Positions 1 through 9,883 of a DNA stretch of 64,000 nt are shown in pieces; position 1 is the first letter of the stretch; each line of letters starts with the position of its first letter. The translations under genes were made by a program, and so were the position numbers. Source of the stretch: a virus (Duplodnaviria > Heunggongvirae > Uroviricota > Caudoviricetes); the IMG/VR virus record IMGVR_UViG_3300028832_000111; one strand, written 5' to 3'. The notes under the pieces are model-generated. The model searched no databases, had not been told where the DNA came from, and saw nothing but the letters and a program-made list of their open reading frames with translations.

Positions 1-967
1 TACATCCCGGAGTATGCCTGTTGAGAGACATTATCGTCGCATCCGTGAGCTTCTGCGTGTTGTAGTTGACGATAACGACGTTACGGTTCTTAGCTGCCTT
101 GAACGGCGGCATACCGCTTATACGGCGGAAGATGTCCTCCTTCTCCTGTGTCCACTCGTTATACTTGAAGAATCGCCCGGTATAAAGGGAGCGGAACTGC
201 TCAAGGTTACGGTGCGTGCCACCGCCACGCCTGCATTTGACGGAAGCCCATTCCTCAACGGTCTTGGTGATGTAATGCTTTAGGTAAGCCACCGAGAAGT
301 CGGGTTTTTGGAAGGGTTTCTGCTCACATTCCTGAGCCGACGTGTTACAGCAACGCATGAACTTGGACGGTATATGAGGGTTGGAATGGAACGCCAGATC
401 CCTGATGCCGCCACGGACGATGCTCTTGACATGCCAGTTCTCGGGTATGTCATCATACTGCACGCACAGGTTATCGGGTAAGGGCTCGGTGAAACGCTCC
501 TGCAGGTCACGACCGTCATCACGCACCTGACCGTTGTCACCGTAGTTCTTCCAGTTGAAAAACACACAGTCGAACCCCGAGTAGTTATCCATGAGCTCAT
601 GTATGTCATCACAGACCTCCAGCTCCAGGAACTCGTCGAAGTCGAAGAACGCCATCCACCGGTATTCGTTACGGTGCTGCTCATAGACCTCTGCATAGGC
701 GGGACACTGCGCCGCACTGCGGTTACGGTAATCCACTATCGTCACACGGTGCTCGTCGATATAAGGCTGCAACACATCCTCGAACCGCTCCTCGCCGTCC
801 CTGTTGTTGTCACAGACGTATATCTTGTCGAATCCCAGAGAGAGGTAATGCTCCACGAACTCCACAGCATAGCGGTTCTCCATACGTCCGATGACACAAA
901 GGGCGATACCGCCGCCGGTCGAAACCCGCAGCGGTGCCCTGTAACCTCTTCTCTTGCCTACATGCAT
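1..967 (-). CDS. GT-A-type glycosyltransferase-like protein, 3'-truncated by the window edge. It is not in the ORF track because it runs off the edge.
   Basis: Hand translation of the minus frame from ATG at 967 to position 1 has no stop. The product starts MHVGKRRGYRAPL..VIGRMENRYAVEFVEHYLSLGFDKIYVCDNN..FDFDEF (DxD-like acidic motif) and ends ..NYNTQKL. Track ORFs 14..283, 280..717 and 599..1006 overlap it in other frames and have poor composition. Confidence 0.55.
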   Translation of the reverse strand, partial: MHVGKRRGYRAPLRVSTGGGIALCVIGRMENRYAVEFVEHYLSLGFDKIYVCDNNRDGEERFEDVLQPYIDEHRVTIVDYRNRSAAQCPAYAEVYEQHRNEYRWMAFFDFDEFLELEVCDDIHELMDNYSGFDCVFFNWKNYGDNGQVRDDGRDLQERFTEPLPDNLCVQYDDIPENWHVKSIVRGGIRDLAFHSNPHIPSKFMRCCNTSAQECEQKPFQKPDFSVAYLKHYITKTVEEWASVKCRRGGGTHRNLEQFRSLYTGRFFKYNEWTQEKEDIFRRISGMPPFKAAKNRNVVIVNYNTQKLTDATIMSLNRHTPGC

Positions 968-968
968 A

Positions 969-1442
969 TCAGTCACCCTCCTGTCTCAGATCCTCATAGA
1001 GATTAAACACGAGGCTTTCCGTCAGCTCGTCGATGCCGTCATAGAGGTCATCCTCCGCCATGACCTCACCTGTTTCCAGGGTGTACATGACGTTCTCTAT
1101 GTCACTGGCGTCCACCTCCTTGACCGCAGACATGCGAATCCTGTTGTCACGCATGTAGAAGACCTCCTCGCCGACCTCGAAGACGGGATAGTTCTGTCCC
1201 TCGCCGAATTTCTCGCCGGTATAGCCGTTGAGCTCGATACGTATCTTCTTACAGCTGTAGAACAACTCCAGGTCAGATGACAGACCGTTGTCCTTCATCT
1301 CTACAGGTTCTGCCTTATGACCGTGCAGGAGTTCATTGCATAACTCCATCTGCTCGTAAGCCAGTTTCAGCTGCTCCCGTGCCTCAGCCTCCGTCAGACC
1401 ACTGACGAACGACTCTATCTTTTGTCTTTTCTCTTCATCCAT
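969..1442 (-). CDS. hypothetical acidic protein (157 aa)
   Basis: Intact ORF with protein-like composition. Packed 1 nt from its neighbour in a minus-strand operon. Confidence 0.6.
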   Translation of the reverse strand: MDEEKRQKIESFVSGLTEAEAREQLKLAYEQMELCNELLHGHKAEPVEMKDNGLSSDLELFYSCKKIRIELNGYTGEKFGEGQNYPVFEVGEEVFYMRDNRIRMSAVKEVDASDIENVMYTLETGEVMAEDDLYDGIDELTESLVFNLYEDLRQEGD

Positions 1443-1445
1443 AAC

Positions 1446-2177
1446 TCACTTCTTTGAAGGGTTATTTGCTTTTGACGGAGCCTTGGCCTTGGATGGTGCC
1501 TTGGCGACGTTCTTCTTGCTCTTACTCTCATTCACAGCGGCTTTCTCCTCCGCCGGTGCAGGTGCAGGTTCGGGCTCGGGTTCCGGCTCTGGCTCTGGTG
1601 CAGCCTCGCTCTCAGCAGGTGCAGCGTCAGCAGGTGCCTCCTCCTGGGTTTCCTCACCCTCCTTGGCTTCACCTGATGCCTGCTCACCCTCACCGTTCTG
1701 TTCGGGGGCTTGCTCACCTTCACCGGTGCCGGCATCAGTATCTTCCTTACCCTCGCCTGAGCCCTTAGCCTCTGCTGCCGCTTTCGCGGCTTTCTCGGCG
1801 GCTTTCTCCTCGGCGAGTTTGGCGGACAGCTCCTCCGCCTCATCCTCATAACCCTCGGCTATCAGGAGCGGCAGCTGCTCATCCTCCGGTAATGTACGTA
1901 TATCCTCAAGACGTTTCTTGCGGTTGGCTTCGCGCATCTCACGCAGGTGATCCTCCGCGAGAAACTGCTCATACTCGTCAGCCTCTTTCGTGAGACCCTT
2001 CTCACGCAGCATACCGACACGCTTCTCCTTCGGCATCTGCATCACGGCGTCGATGAAACGCTTCTTCTCGTCCTCTGTCATGGAGGTCCCTGCCTCCACC
2101 TTGGTGGGACGTACCAGTGTGATACCCTCGTTTGCGAATTTCTTGGGGTCTTTCTGTCCTACTCTGATTGTACCCAT
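1446..2177 (-). CDS. hypothetical highly charged protein with a low-complexity PEPEPEP/AKAPSK tail
   Basis: 243 aa ORF. The overlapping antisense ORFs (1454.., 1483.., 1532..) are artefacts of the low-complexity stretch. Confidence 0.6.
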   Translation of the reverse strand: MGTIRVGQKDPKKFANEGITLVRPTKVEAGTSMTEDEKKRFIDAVMQMPKEKRVGMLREKGLTKEADEYEQFLAEDHLREMREANRKKRLEDIRTLPEDEQLPLLIAEGYEDEAEELSAKLAEEKAAEKAAKAAAEAKGSGEGKEDTDAGTGEGEQAPEQNGEGEQASGEAKEGEETQEEAPADAAPAESEAAPEPEPEPEPEPAPAPAEEKAAVNESKSKKNVAKAPSKAKAPSKANNPSKK

Positions 2178-2185
2178 AGTGATAG

Positions 2186-3010
2186 TTATTTAATGTTCCA
2201 CATCTTGCTTGCTCCGTCCGCATCGAAGAGGACGTCTATGTTGGCACCCTGCTTCTGCGCGATGATATCCCATGCCTTGAGCTGTATGAACTGCTGTGCC
2301 GACAGTCCCATCTCATTCTGATAGGCTTTATCCGCGATGGCACGCTGACGCTCGGCTTTCTCACGTGCCAGCTGCACCTCCACCTCACGTTCCTGTGTCT
2401 GCTTCGCCTGAACAGCCTTGGCGGTGCGGTTCATCTCCTCCAGCTGCTCCGCGTTGGGAATGGCACGTCCGATGACCACCTGTTTTATCTCCACGGGGAA
2501 CTCCTTCTCGGCTGACAGCTCGGCTACGTACTCGCGCATCTCCCTGAGCACCTTGGTGTCAATCTCATTTAACACCTCACGATTGGACATCAGGTCGAAG
2601 GGGCTGTGTTGTGATATGTAGTCACGCACACGGTTACAGTAGTAGTTGTAGAGGTTGGTGTTGAACCAGTCCGTGCCGTAGTTGACCAGCAGGACGGGTG
2701 ACTTGCCCTTGACGATCTGCGTGATGATGACCGTATGGAAGTCCAGCGGTGTGTTGTCGTTGGATACCAAGTCCTCCATATCCACCTGCTGCTTCTGCGG
2801 CACGATCTTGAACGTCTCACTCGACGTGCTCCACCAGCACCAGCGCAGTCCGGTCTCGACAGGGTTATCTGCCACGCCGCCATGACCGAAGAACCACGGC
2901 TTGTGAATGAGCACCGCCTCCTCGTCGGCATCCGGACGGACACCGTGACAGGAGGTCATCGCAATGCTTGTCAATAAAGCTACTGCCAGAAACAAAAGAA
3001 ACTTCTTCAT
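2186..3010 (-). CDS. lipoprotein with an SPFH/band-7 (prohibitin-like) C-terminal region
   Basis: N-terminus MKKFLLFLAVALLTSIAMTSC has a signal peptide and lipobox Cys. C-terminal EVEVQLAREKAERQRAIADKAYQNEMGL resembles SPFH-domain proteins. Confidence 0.55.
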   Translation of the reverse strand: MKKFLLFLAVALLTSIAMTSCHGVRPDADEEAVLIHKPWFFGHGGVADNPVETGLRWCWWSTSSETFKIVPQKQQVDMEDLVSNDNTPLDFHTVIITQIVKGKSPVLLVNYGTDWFNTNLYNYYCNRVRDYISQHSPFDLMSNREVLNEIDTKVLREMREYVAELSAEKEFPVEIKQVVIGRAIPNAEQLEEMNRTAKAVQAKQTQEREVEVQLAREKAERQRAIADKAYQNEMGLSAQQFIQLKAWDIIAQKQGANIDVLFDADGASKMWNIK

Positions 3011-3025
3011 AGATAATAGTATTGG

Positions 3026-3307
3026 TTAAACAATAGTGTCGTTTTTATGCTTCTCCCTGTATTGCCTGTATTCCTCCAGGCGGCGGTCTATGTCATCGGC
3101 TATGTTGACGAAACCCTCCATACGCAGTATCGCGCTCATCGCATCCGGCTGCATGTCCGAATGGCAGATGTCACGGATACGTCTTATCTGCGGGAGTCCG
3201 TAACCCGCGAGCATGGCACGCTCGTCGGCGTCCATCATCTCCAGCTCCTTCCTTATCTCACGCTCCTGCTCCTCCGAGAGCGGCTGTCTGTCTCTTCCCG
3301 TCACCAT
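3026..3307 (-). CDS. hypothetical protein (93 aa)
   Basis: ORF tightly packed between the SPFH-like gene and the primase-helicase. Confidence 0.5.
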   Translation of the reverse strand: MVTGRDRQPLSEEQEREIRKELEMMDADERAMLAGYGLPQIRRIRDICHSDMQPDAMSAILRMEGFVNIADDIDRRLEEYRQYREKHKNDTIV

Positions 3308-3310
3308 AGC

Positions 3311-4780
3311 TCAGATGTTATTTTTTGCGTAATCGATATCCTTCTCGCAGAAGATGCCGTAGGCGTAACCCGTGCCGGTACGTTTGCGGTTCCCTCCCGT
3401 CTCATGCCATCCGAGACGTGCCATCTCACTGCCGAAAGCACGCTGCTTGACAGGATCCTGCAGCCACTTCTCGCAGAACGACACATAGTCCTCATAGAGA
3501 GCGGACGCAGGAACCCACTGGATACGGTCCTCCCAGTGTCCCGTGCGCCTGTTACATGAGTAGCCCTTCTTCTGTAGGAACACCTGCACCGTCTGACCGT
3601 TCTCCAGCATGTAGTCGGTCATCTCATCATCGGCGGCTTTGGTGGTGTTGAACTGATAGCCGTCACGTATGAGCATCTTATAGCCCTCTATCATCCAGTT
3701 GCGGATACCCGGCAGCTCCTTCAGCAGCTCCGACGAGAGCTCACGGTTCATGTCGGCGGCAGAGACGGTGGTCTTGAAAGGTATGAAGAGCAGACGGCGC
3801 ACGAGAGCCTGGTCCATACGCCGGTTCGTGGGCTTCTGGTTCATGTTGAACACAAGGAACGGTATGTCGAAGGTGGTCTCGGGGTTCTGACCCAACCTTC
3901 TCACGGTCTGCGGCTCACCCGAACAGAGGGACTTGAAGGTATCGGCGTAACGTGATATGTCATCCGCCTGTATCTCCGAGCAGTAGTTGAAGATCTTACC
4001 CACGATGCTCCCGATGAACCGCGCACGCACGTCCGACGAGCCGCTAAGCAGCGTATCGAGACCCACATAGCTGATGTTATCCGCACCGTACACCCCGCGT
4101 ACCACGTCGAAGATGGTGGACTTGCCGTTGGCACCCGACCCGATGAGCCACAGCGTCTCTTCAATCTTATGCGTCATGCTCTTACGGTCAGCACAGCCGA
4201 GACCGAGGTACTTCTGGAGCTTCATTATCTCACCCTTCGGCAAGATGGACTGCAGGAACGCCTGCCACTTCGGACAGCCCGCATCAGGGTCATAGTCGTA
4301 AGGGAGTATCCGCACCACAGGCATACGCTCGGCAAAAGAGTGATAGACCGGGTTGTCTATGTCAGTGAAATCCCATACGCCGTTACGGAATCCGATGACC
4401 GACGCACGCAACTCCAACGGTGACATCGACGCACCGCCACGTGCCGAATACAGAATCTTGCTCCTGGCATTCACGATATCCGACTTACGCGCTCCTCCCT
4501 GCACCAACGCCTTGCTCAACGCAGTCTCAAGCACAATATCAGCCAGAGGACACCATATCCTGCCGTCGAAGTAATATACATCACCCATGTAAGACCGGAA
4601 ACACTTGCTGCAGGCATCAAGGATGACCTCCTGATAGACATATACCCTGTCACCCGATGAATACAGCTTATAGGACTCCTTCAACGGAGCTTTGTTCAGC
4701 GAGTTGTAAATCAGCTTACTAAGGTCTTCAATAAGCGTGAAATTGTTGTTTTGTGTACCTTTACCCATATATAAAAACAA
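3311..4780 (-). CDS. D5/P4-family primase-helicase (SF3 helicase C-terminal domain)
   Basis: Walker A LIGSGANGKST followed by DD..FIGSIVGKIFNYCSEI and a PriCT/D5_N-like upstream region (CPKWQAFL). 489 aa. Confidence 0.8.
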   Translation of the reverse strand: MFLYMGKGTQNNNFTLIEDLSKLIYNSLNKAPLKESYKLYSSGDRVYVYQEVILDACSKCFRSYMGDVYYFDGRIWCPLADIVLETALSKALVQGGARKSDIVNARSKILYSARGGASMSPLELRASVIGFRNGVWDFTDIDNPVYHSFAERMPVVRILPYDYDPDAGCPKWQAFLQSILPKGEIMKLQKYLGLGCADRKSMTHKIEETLWLIGSGANGKSTIFDVVRGVYGADNISYVGLDTLLSGSSDVRARFIGSIVGKIFNYCSEIQADDISRYADTFKSLCSGEPQTVRRLGQNPETTFDIPFLVFNMNQKPTNRRMDQALVRRLLFIPFKTTVSAADMNRELSSELLKELPGIRNWMIEGYKMLIRDGYQFNTTKAADDEMTDYMLENGQTVQVFLQKKGYSCNRRTGHWEDRIQWVPASALYEDYVSFCEKWLQDPVKQRAFGSEMARLGWHETGGNRKRTGTGYAYGIFCEKDIDYAKNNI

Positions 4781-4810
4781 TAACTAAACAAACCAATACC
4801 TGGGTATCGA

Positions 4811-4931
4811 AATTTGGTACATTTGGTTCATTTGGTTCATTGCATGACAAATATCTACCCTATATTTCAATAACTTACGTTTTTTTTTGGTAATCTCTAT
4901 TTTGGTACATCAAATTCCATTTTTGGTACAT
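4811..4931. repeat. iteron-like direct repeats TTTGGT(A/T)CAT, at least 5 copies
   Basis: aatttggtacatttggttcatttggttcat at 4811-4846, then ttttggtacat at 4900 and 4921. Followed by T-rich repeats (tttttgacccct twice, ttttcagg twice) at 4960-5040. Confidence 0.6.
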
Positions 4932-5399
4932 TCATACGCCAAAAACAGCCTTTTTTGAGGAAAAGCACCTCTTTTTGACCCCTATTTTCAGGGTATTTTG
5001 GGGCTTTTTCAGGCTTTTTTGACCCTTTTTCCATAGATACCCATGTATCAGACCATAATCAACGCGCAGACAAGGATACACGGCATCAGGACTGATATAT
5101 ATAGACCAGAAACACCGATTGAGATACACAGAAACATGTTCCGCATACGAAAAGTAAAAACGAAAAATGAAAAATTGAAAATCTCGGCGGGGGCTGACCC
5201 CCACGCAATACAAACGTATTTAGGGGGTCGGGGGTAGCCTTCTCTGGGTGGGGTATTCGCGCGGTTTTTCCTGCAAAACAAATACATTATAATTGTATTG
5301 TATCCGCTCGCGGTCGCGTTGTCGGTCCGTTGTGGGGTTTGTCGCTCCTTGCAACTTTTCCGCTTTATTGCCGTGTTGGTTGTGTGTTCATCGGTTTGC

Positions 5400-5690
5400 A
5401 CCTATTGCCGAAACTCTGGGATCAATTTGTAAGTATTTTTCCGTTAAATATCTATATATTTAAGTTATTATATAATTAACTATCTATGTATATATACAAT
5501 AATAACCTGTATATATACTACAATATTGTATAATCTTTCTTTATAACTTACTATATATCAATCAATTAAACATAAGTTAAATATACAAATATTGGCATTA
5601 TATCGGATTATTTTTGTAATTTTATAGTGTCGGAAAGGTGTTTCCGATATGCGCACTTTGACACTATTTTATTAACTCTTAAATATTACA
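5400..5690. promoter_or_regulatory. strongly AT-rich tract, possible DNA-unwinding element. Also contains nested palindromes at 5625-5670.
   Basis: About 290 bp of roughly 80% A+T between the primase module and the first plus-strand gene. Includes atagtgtcggaaaggtgtttccgata...gacactat. Confidence 0.45.
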
Positions 5691-5693
5691 ACT

Positions 5694-6278
5694 ATGCAAG
5701 TAAACAAAAATCTTGTTGATTACCTTTATTCAGGTATTTCAACCGTTGAACTTGAAACACTGGTAACAAGTATTTCAGTTAAGGAATTGAGAAAAGCAAA
5801 CGCAAGTAAAACCACAATTAGCAAACTACTTGCAAGTATTGACAACGAAAACGCAAGTATTGAGGCCGAAAACCTTAATAAATTATCCGCTTGTTTTGCG
5901 GATTCTTTCCGTTCCGCTCCTTTTATGGCAACAGAAAAATATCTGTTTTTGAGGGTGTTTGCAAAAGTGAGGAAAGCAACAAACAACTTTACAATCACTT
6001 TTCAAAGTGAAGCGGATACAAACACAATAGGAAATACGGAAAGCGGTTTAACTCCATACCGTAAAACTACAATTTCGGCCGCTGGCCTCCGTACTTGTTT
6101 TAATAGTTACGATATATTCAGGGATGAAGTTGCACGGACTGCACGCAAGCAGGCAAATGAAAAGCAATTGCAAAGAGCGTCCGCAAGTCTGGCCGCAAGT
6201 CTTGGAATAGACGCAAGTCTTTTAACTCCTGAACTGTTGGCAAAATTTGGTTTTACAAGAGTTTGCAAAGTTGATTAA
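5694..6278 (+). CDS. hypothetical protein (194 aa), first gene of the plus-strand early array
   Basis: ORF preceded by a conserved-motif copy (ttaactcttaaatattacaactATG) and followed by an intrinsic terminator. Confidence 0.65.
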   Translation: MQVNKNLVDYLYSGISTVELETLVTSISVKELRKANASKTTISKLLASIDNENASIEAENLNKLSACFADSFRSAPFMATEKYLFLRVFAKVRKATNNFTITFQSEADTNTIGNTESGLTPYRKTTISAAGLRTCFNSYDIFRDEVARTARKQANEKQLQRASASLAASLGIDASLLTPELLAKFGFTRVCKVD

Positions 6279-6297
6279 ATTTTAACCCTGTTTGATA

Positions 6298-6331
6298 GGT
6301 GGCGGATACTTTCCGCCGCCTATCTTTTTTG
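6298..6331 (+). terminator. rho-independent terminator
   Basis: ggtggcggatactttccgccgcc hairpin followed by tatctttttt. Confidence 0.65.
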
Positions 6332-6930
6332 TGCCTATCTGAAAGGATTTGCCTATCAGGTGGGCGCTTGGATCATACCCTTTTTGCAACCCAGGTGAGC
6401 TGCTTATCTGGGCGCGGTTGGATTCCGTGAAGGGTGCAAGTTAATAAAACGTACATTGACATATTGGACGCGAATATTTCCGGCTGTTCTGCAAAGAGCT
6501 GGCGGATAGCGGGCGCTGTTCCCGTGCGGTCCTGTACCGGTGCTTTTGCGCTGCGTGCAGGATCAGGGCGCACTCCGTTTGAAAGTGATATAGGCAAGTA
6601 GTGAAAGATGAAAGCCGAAACAGTGAGTAATCGGAGCGCGGATTATACGGCAGCGTTGAACATCATCCCTAATCAGCGGATTATGCGGATTTGCGTATCG
6701 TTACGCGAATCCCTGGGCTTTCCTCGCGGACCGGAATTTATTTCCCTTTTCCGCCTGAGAATAATTCCGCTGGAATCTCCGGTAGGCCGGAGCTGTGGGA
6801 TTCAGAGTTATGGTTAAACTTAGAATCTATTGGAAAACGCCTGAGAGATGAAAGACACAGGACAGGGCGGAACGGCTGAAAGATTGCCGGTCCGCTTACG
6901 AATATTGTTTAACCTTAAATACGCGCAACT

Positions 6931-7029
6931 ATGAAAGAATTTATCAGGTTATCCTCCAAGCTGCTTGAAAGACTGGGAGCGGAGGAGATGATCGAATGTC
7001 TGTGCGCAGAAGATTCTCTTGAACTATGA
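6931..7029 (+). CDS. small ORF (32 aa) translationally coupled (ATGA) to the next gene
   Basis: Motif attgtttaaccttaaatacgcgcaactATG sits immediately upstream. Product MKEFIRLSSKLLERLGAEEMIECLCAEDSLEL. Confidence 0.35.
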   Translation: MKEFIRLSSKLLERLGAEEMIECLCAEDSLEL

Positions 7030-7382
7030 ACGCAGACAAGGAAAGACGGGAGTATGAGCGCCAGCGTGCCTGGGATTATATGATGCAGCTCCCTCGTGAC
7101 GTCCGCAACCTCAAGGTTTACGGACGTGACTTTCCCGAATACCTGAAATCGGCCGAATGGATGCAGACACCGGAGGCCCGCAAGGTATCGATGAAAGTCT
7201 TTGATTTTATGTTTGACTTCTGCGCCCTTAAGAAAGATATGGCGCAGTACCGATGGTCAAAGGAATTTCTGGCGGAGAACGGAGTGGATTTCACATCCGC
7301 CAAGAAGCTGTTCTTCGCGATCCTCCCGACACTGCCGGAACAGGACCGCGTGGTCATTCTGTCACGTATGGGAAATGCGTGA
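7026..7382 (+). CDS. hypothetical protein (118 aa)
   Basis: ORF with protein-like composition. Confidence 0.6.
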   Translation: MNADKERREYERQRAWDYMMQLPRDVRNLKVYGRDFPEYLKSAEWMQTPEARKVSMKVFDFMFDFCALKKDMAQYRWSKEFLAENGVDFTSAKKLFFAILPTLPEQDRVVILSRMGNA

Positions 7383-7413
7383 CGGAAACTACAACTCTAT
7401 AGATACTACGATT

Positions 7414-7554
7414 ATGAAAGAGAAGATTTTGGATTTGCTGTGCAAGAAAGTGCACTGGCTCGATGAGGACTACACGATAGGCGGGATCATCGTCACGATG
7501 TCCGGCTGTGTCCTGTTCATACTCCTTTGCGGATTGCTTGAAGGTCTGTCCTGA
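7414..7554 (+). CDS. small membrane protein (46 aa)
   Basis: Motif aactctatagatactacgattATG upstream. C-terminal hydrophobic segment GGIIVTMSGCVLFILLCGLL. Represents the motif-associated start inside track ORF 7201..7554. Confidence 0.45.
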   Translation: MKEKILDLLCKKVHWLDEDYTIGGIIVTMSGCVLFILLCGLLEGLS

Positions 7555-7556
7555 GA

Positions 7557-7915
7557 ACGCGGAATCAGTACGTAAACCAACGGCTGAGGATACGTCACGC
7601 GGATGACAGACAAAGCGATTCGCGGCCATAACTGCGGATAGTACGATAATTATCCGCAGTACGAAAACTGACGGAGAGTACGGAAACCCTACGCAGTACG
7701 ATTATCACCAACTCTAAAATACTACGATTATGAAGACGAGAATCTACAGGAGAATCCGCAACAGGAGTTATGAGCTGACCGCCAAGAGTACGGGAAAGAA
7801 CCTGACGATGTACGGACAGTTCGGAAAGTACGATAAATCATACTCCGCTGCGTGAAAATGATTCCGGCTGTCCTGACGGACTACCGGAGTACGATAAACC
7901 ATACTTAAATACTAC
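7557..7915. repeat. dispersed repeat array AGTACG(A/G)(T/A)AA, about 9 copies
   Basis: cagtacgtaaacc, agtacgataattatccgcagtacgaaaactg, gagtacggaaacc, cagtacgattatc, gagtacgggaaag, aagtacgataaatc and gagtacgataaacc. Confidence 0.55.
7730..7855 (+). CDS. possible 41 aa ORF inside the repeat array. May be noncoding.
   Basis: Motif-led ATG, but the sequence is dominated by GTACGA repeats. Confidence 0.25.
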   Translation: MKTRIYRRIRNRSYELTAKSTGKNLTMYGQFGKYDKSYSAA

Positions 7916-7919
7916 GACA

Positions 7920-8582
7920 ATGAGAGAAGTGAAATGTAAGCTCTACAAGTTTGAGGAGCTGAGCGAAGAGGCTCAGAAGAAAGTCATTGACCGCGAGCGT
8001 GACGACATACAGCGGTTACACATAGACGCCTGGGAATCGGAATACCGCGACTCGCTGAAAGAGTTCTGCGAGCTGTTCGGTATTGACGTGAGACACTGGG
8101 AGGTGGATTCCTGTTCCTACGATTACCGGTTCCGTTTCAAGAATGACGTCTATGAGAGAGACGCGGAGGACGTGACAGGAAAATATCTGGCGCGTTTTAT
8201 GCGTGACATCCACAAGTACGTATTCAAAGGGAAATATATCTCCGCGAAAGGACATCTCGGAGAGGACGGCAAGTGGGTGTACGGCAAGAGCAAGAACTCC
8301 AAGATCCTGCTCGTGGACTACGACTGTCCGCTCACCGGATTCTGCGGTGACAACTTCATCCTGCATCCTGTCTATGAATGGTTCAGGAAACCCGACTACA
8401 ACAAATCCCTGTATGATTTGGTGGATGACTGCCTGGACAGTTTCTTCAAGGAAAGGCGGGATGATATGGAATCCGGAGGAAGTGACGAGTACGTCCGCGA
8501 GGAGCTGCTGATTGACGAGGACGAGATCTACTGCGAGGACGGAACGCTGTTCCGTGGTATATGCGAGCCGGACGCAGCGTGA
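7920..8582 (+). CDS. hypothetical acidic protein (220 aa)
   Basis: Motif-led ORF. Confidence 0.7.
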   Translation: MREVKCKLYKFEELSEEAQKKVIDRERDDIQRLHIDAWESEYRDSLKEFCELFGIDVRHWEVDSCSYDYRFRFKNDVYERDAEDVTGKYLARFMRDIHKYVFKGKYISAKGHLGEDGKWVYGKSKNSKILLVDYDCPLTGFCGDNFILHPVYEWFRKPDYNKSLYDLVDDCLDSFFKERRDDMESGGSDEYVREELLIDEDEIYCEDGTLFRGICEPDAA

Positions 8583-8644
8583 CTTTTGTGTCAGGGAATA
8601 CGGAAATTCCCTGACGCGCCAACCAACTCTTAAACTATACAACT

Positions 8645-8944
8645 ATGAAGAAAATTGAAGTATTATGCTGGGGTATCGAGCATATAGCCCAGAACCACGA
8701 TTTCGGCTATTCAACCGAGGATTGGGAAACAGAAGGAGAAGTATGCATCTACGGAGGCTGTAACGTACCGACATTATCTGACGTGCAGATGCTATGTCAG
8801 GACCTGGGTATTCCGAGGGAATACATAGAGGACAGCGACTTCGGCATTGACGTGTGGATTCCCGAGAATTGGGACAAGGACGCCGAATACAAGGAAACCG
8901 GTATGGAGATGTGGAAACGCTACGGATTCGTCATCGGCAACTGA
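8645..8944 (+). CDS. hypothetical protein (99 aa)
   Basis: Motif-led ORF with an upstream hairpin gtcagggaatacggaaattccctgac. Confidence 0.7.
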   Translation: MKKIEVLCWGIEHIAQNHDFGYSTEDWETEGEVCIYGGCNVPTLSDVQMLCQDLGIPREYIEDSDFGIDVWIPENWDKDAEYKETGMEMWKRYGFVIGN

Positions 8945-9008
8945 CACTATTTCCGGCAGGAGGAGAGATAACTCCTGTCGGAGCGAATAACTCTTTAATG
9001 CTACGATT

Positions 9009-9329
9009 ATGAGAAGGACCAACAAGAACCTGAATGTCATCAATGTCATTCACGAGAATGGCGAGATAGAGGAGCTGGCCACGTATGAGGGCAAATATTC
9101 CGCCTATTATGCGCTTACTCTCTATATCTGCCAGCGATACAAACGTGATTTCCTCAACAAGCGCAACCTTGAGTGGGCGCGTGAGAAAATCATCGTGGGG
9201 ATGTCCAAGAAGACGTGTTTCTTCTATGAGGGAACGGATGTCATCTCGTGCTGCGCTCCCGAGCTGAAACTCTATGACGAGGGAATCGGCAGCTGCGAGC
9301 TGGAGTACGAACCGGCCGTCCCTGCGTGA
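9009..9329 (+). CDS. hypothetical protein (106 aa)
   Basis: Motif-led ORF with an upstream hairpin ccggcaggaggagagataactcctgtcgg. Confidence 0.7.
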   Translation: MRRTNKNLNVINVIHENGEIEELATYEGKYSAYYALTLYICQRYKRDFLNKRNLEWAREKIIVGMSKKTCFFYEGTDVISCCAPELKLYDEGIGSCELEYEPAVPA

Positions 9330-9432
9330 CGAAAGGATAACAACAATCTTAGTTGTGTATTTAAGTGTTTTTCGGGTGCAGCGGGATGGAATCCGGCTGC
9401 GCCTACTATGTTTAACCTAAAATTGAAACGAT

Positions 9433-9822
9433 ATGGAAATACTTAAGGATTTGATGTTCCACGGCACCAAGGCGCTGGAGGAAGTTGTGAAGAATTTCAT
9501 CCGTCTGCATCAGGGCGAGAAAGGATACATAGACACCCACGTGAAGGAAGACGGAGCAACGGACAACATCTGGACGTACAGGTTCTGCTCTGACGGCAGC
9601 TTGGACATTATGTTCCCCTATGAGGTCATCGCGGTGCGCGTCAAGAACGACACCCTGCAGATTCTCCCTAACACCGACAAGATAAACCTCAACGAGCCGG
9701 GCGAGGTGTTTGACGCCAACGATTCCACGTGGGATCCCGATTGGTTCGCCTTCGGTGACGGAGATTACCTGTGCTATGAGACGCTGGGCTCTATCGCTGA
9801 GAGCATCGAGCAGTATGTATGA
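9433..9822 (+). CDS. hypothetical acidic protein (129 aa)
   Basis: Motif-led ORF. Confidence 0.7.
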   Translation: MEILKDLMFHGTKALEEVVKNFIRLHQGEKGYIDTHVKEDGATDNIWTYRFCSDGSLDIMFPYEVIAVRVKNDTLQILPNTDKINLNEPGEVFDANDSTWDPDWFAFGDGDYLCYETLGSIAESIEQYV

Positions 9823-9883
9823 ATCATTCCGGAATCGTGCGAGAGCGGTTCCGGAAACCAAGTTTAACTCAAATTCTATGATT

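Noticed and set aside
14-1006. Track ORFs 14..283(+), 280..717(-) and 599..1006(+)
   Set aside because: They overlap, in other frames, a long stop-free minus-strand ORF (1..967) with a GT-A-like sequence. Their composition is Ser/Thr/Arg/Trp-rich junk.
1454-1851. Three overlapping ORFs antisense or alternative to the 1446..2177 gene
   Set aside because: They are artefacts of the GC-rich low-complexity (PEPEPEP) coding stretch.
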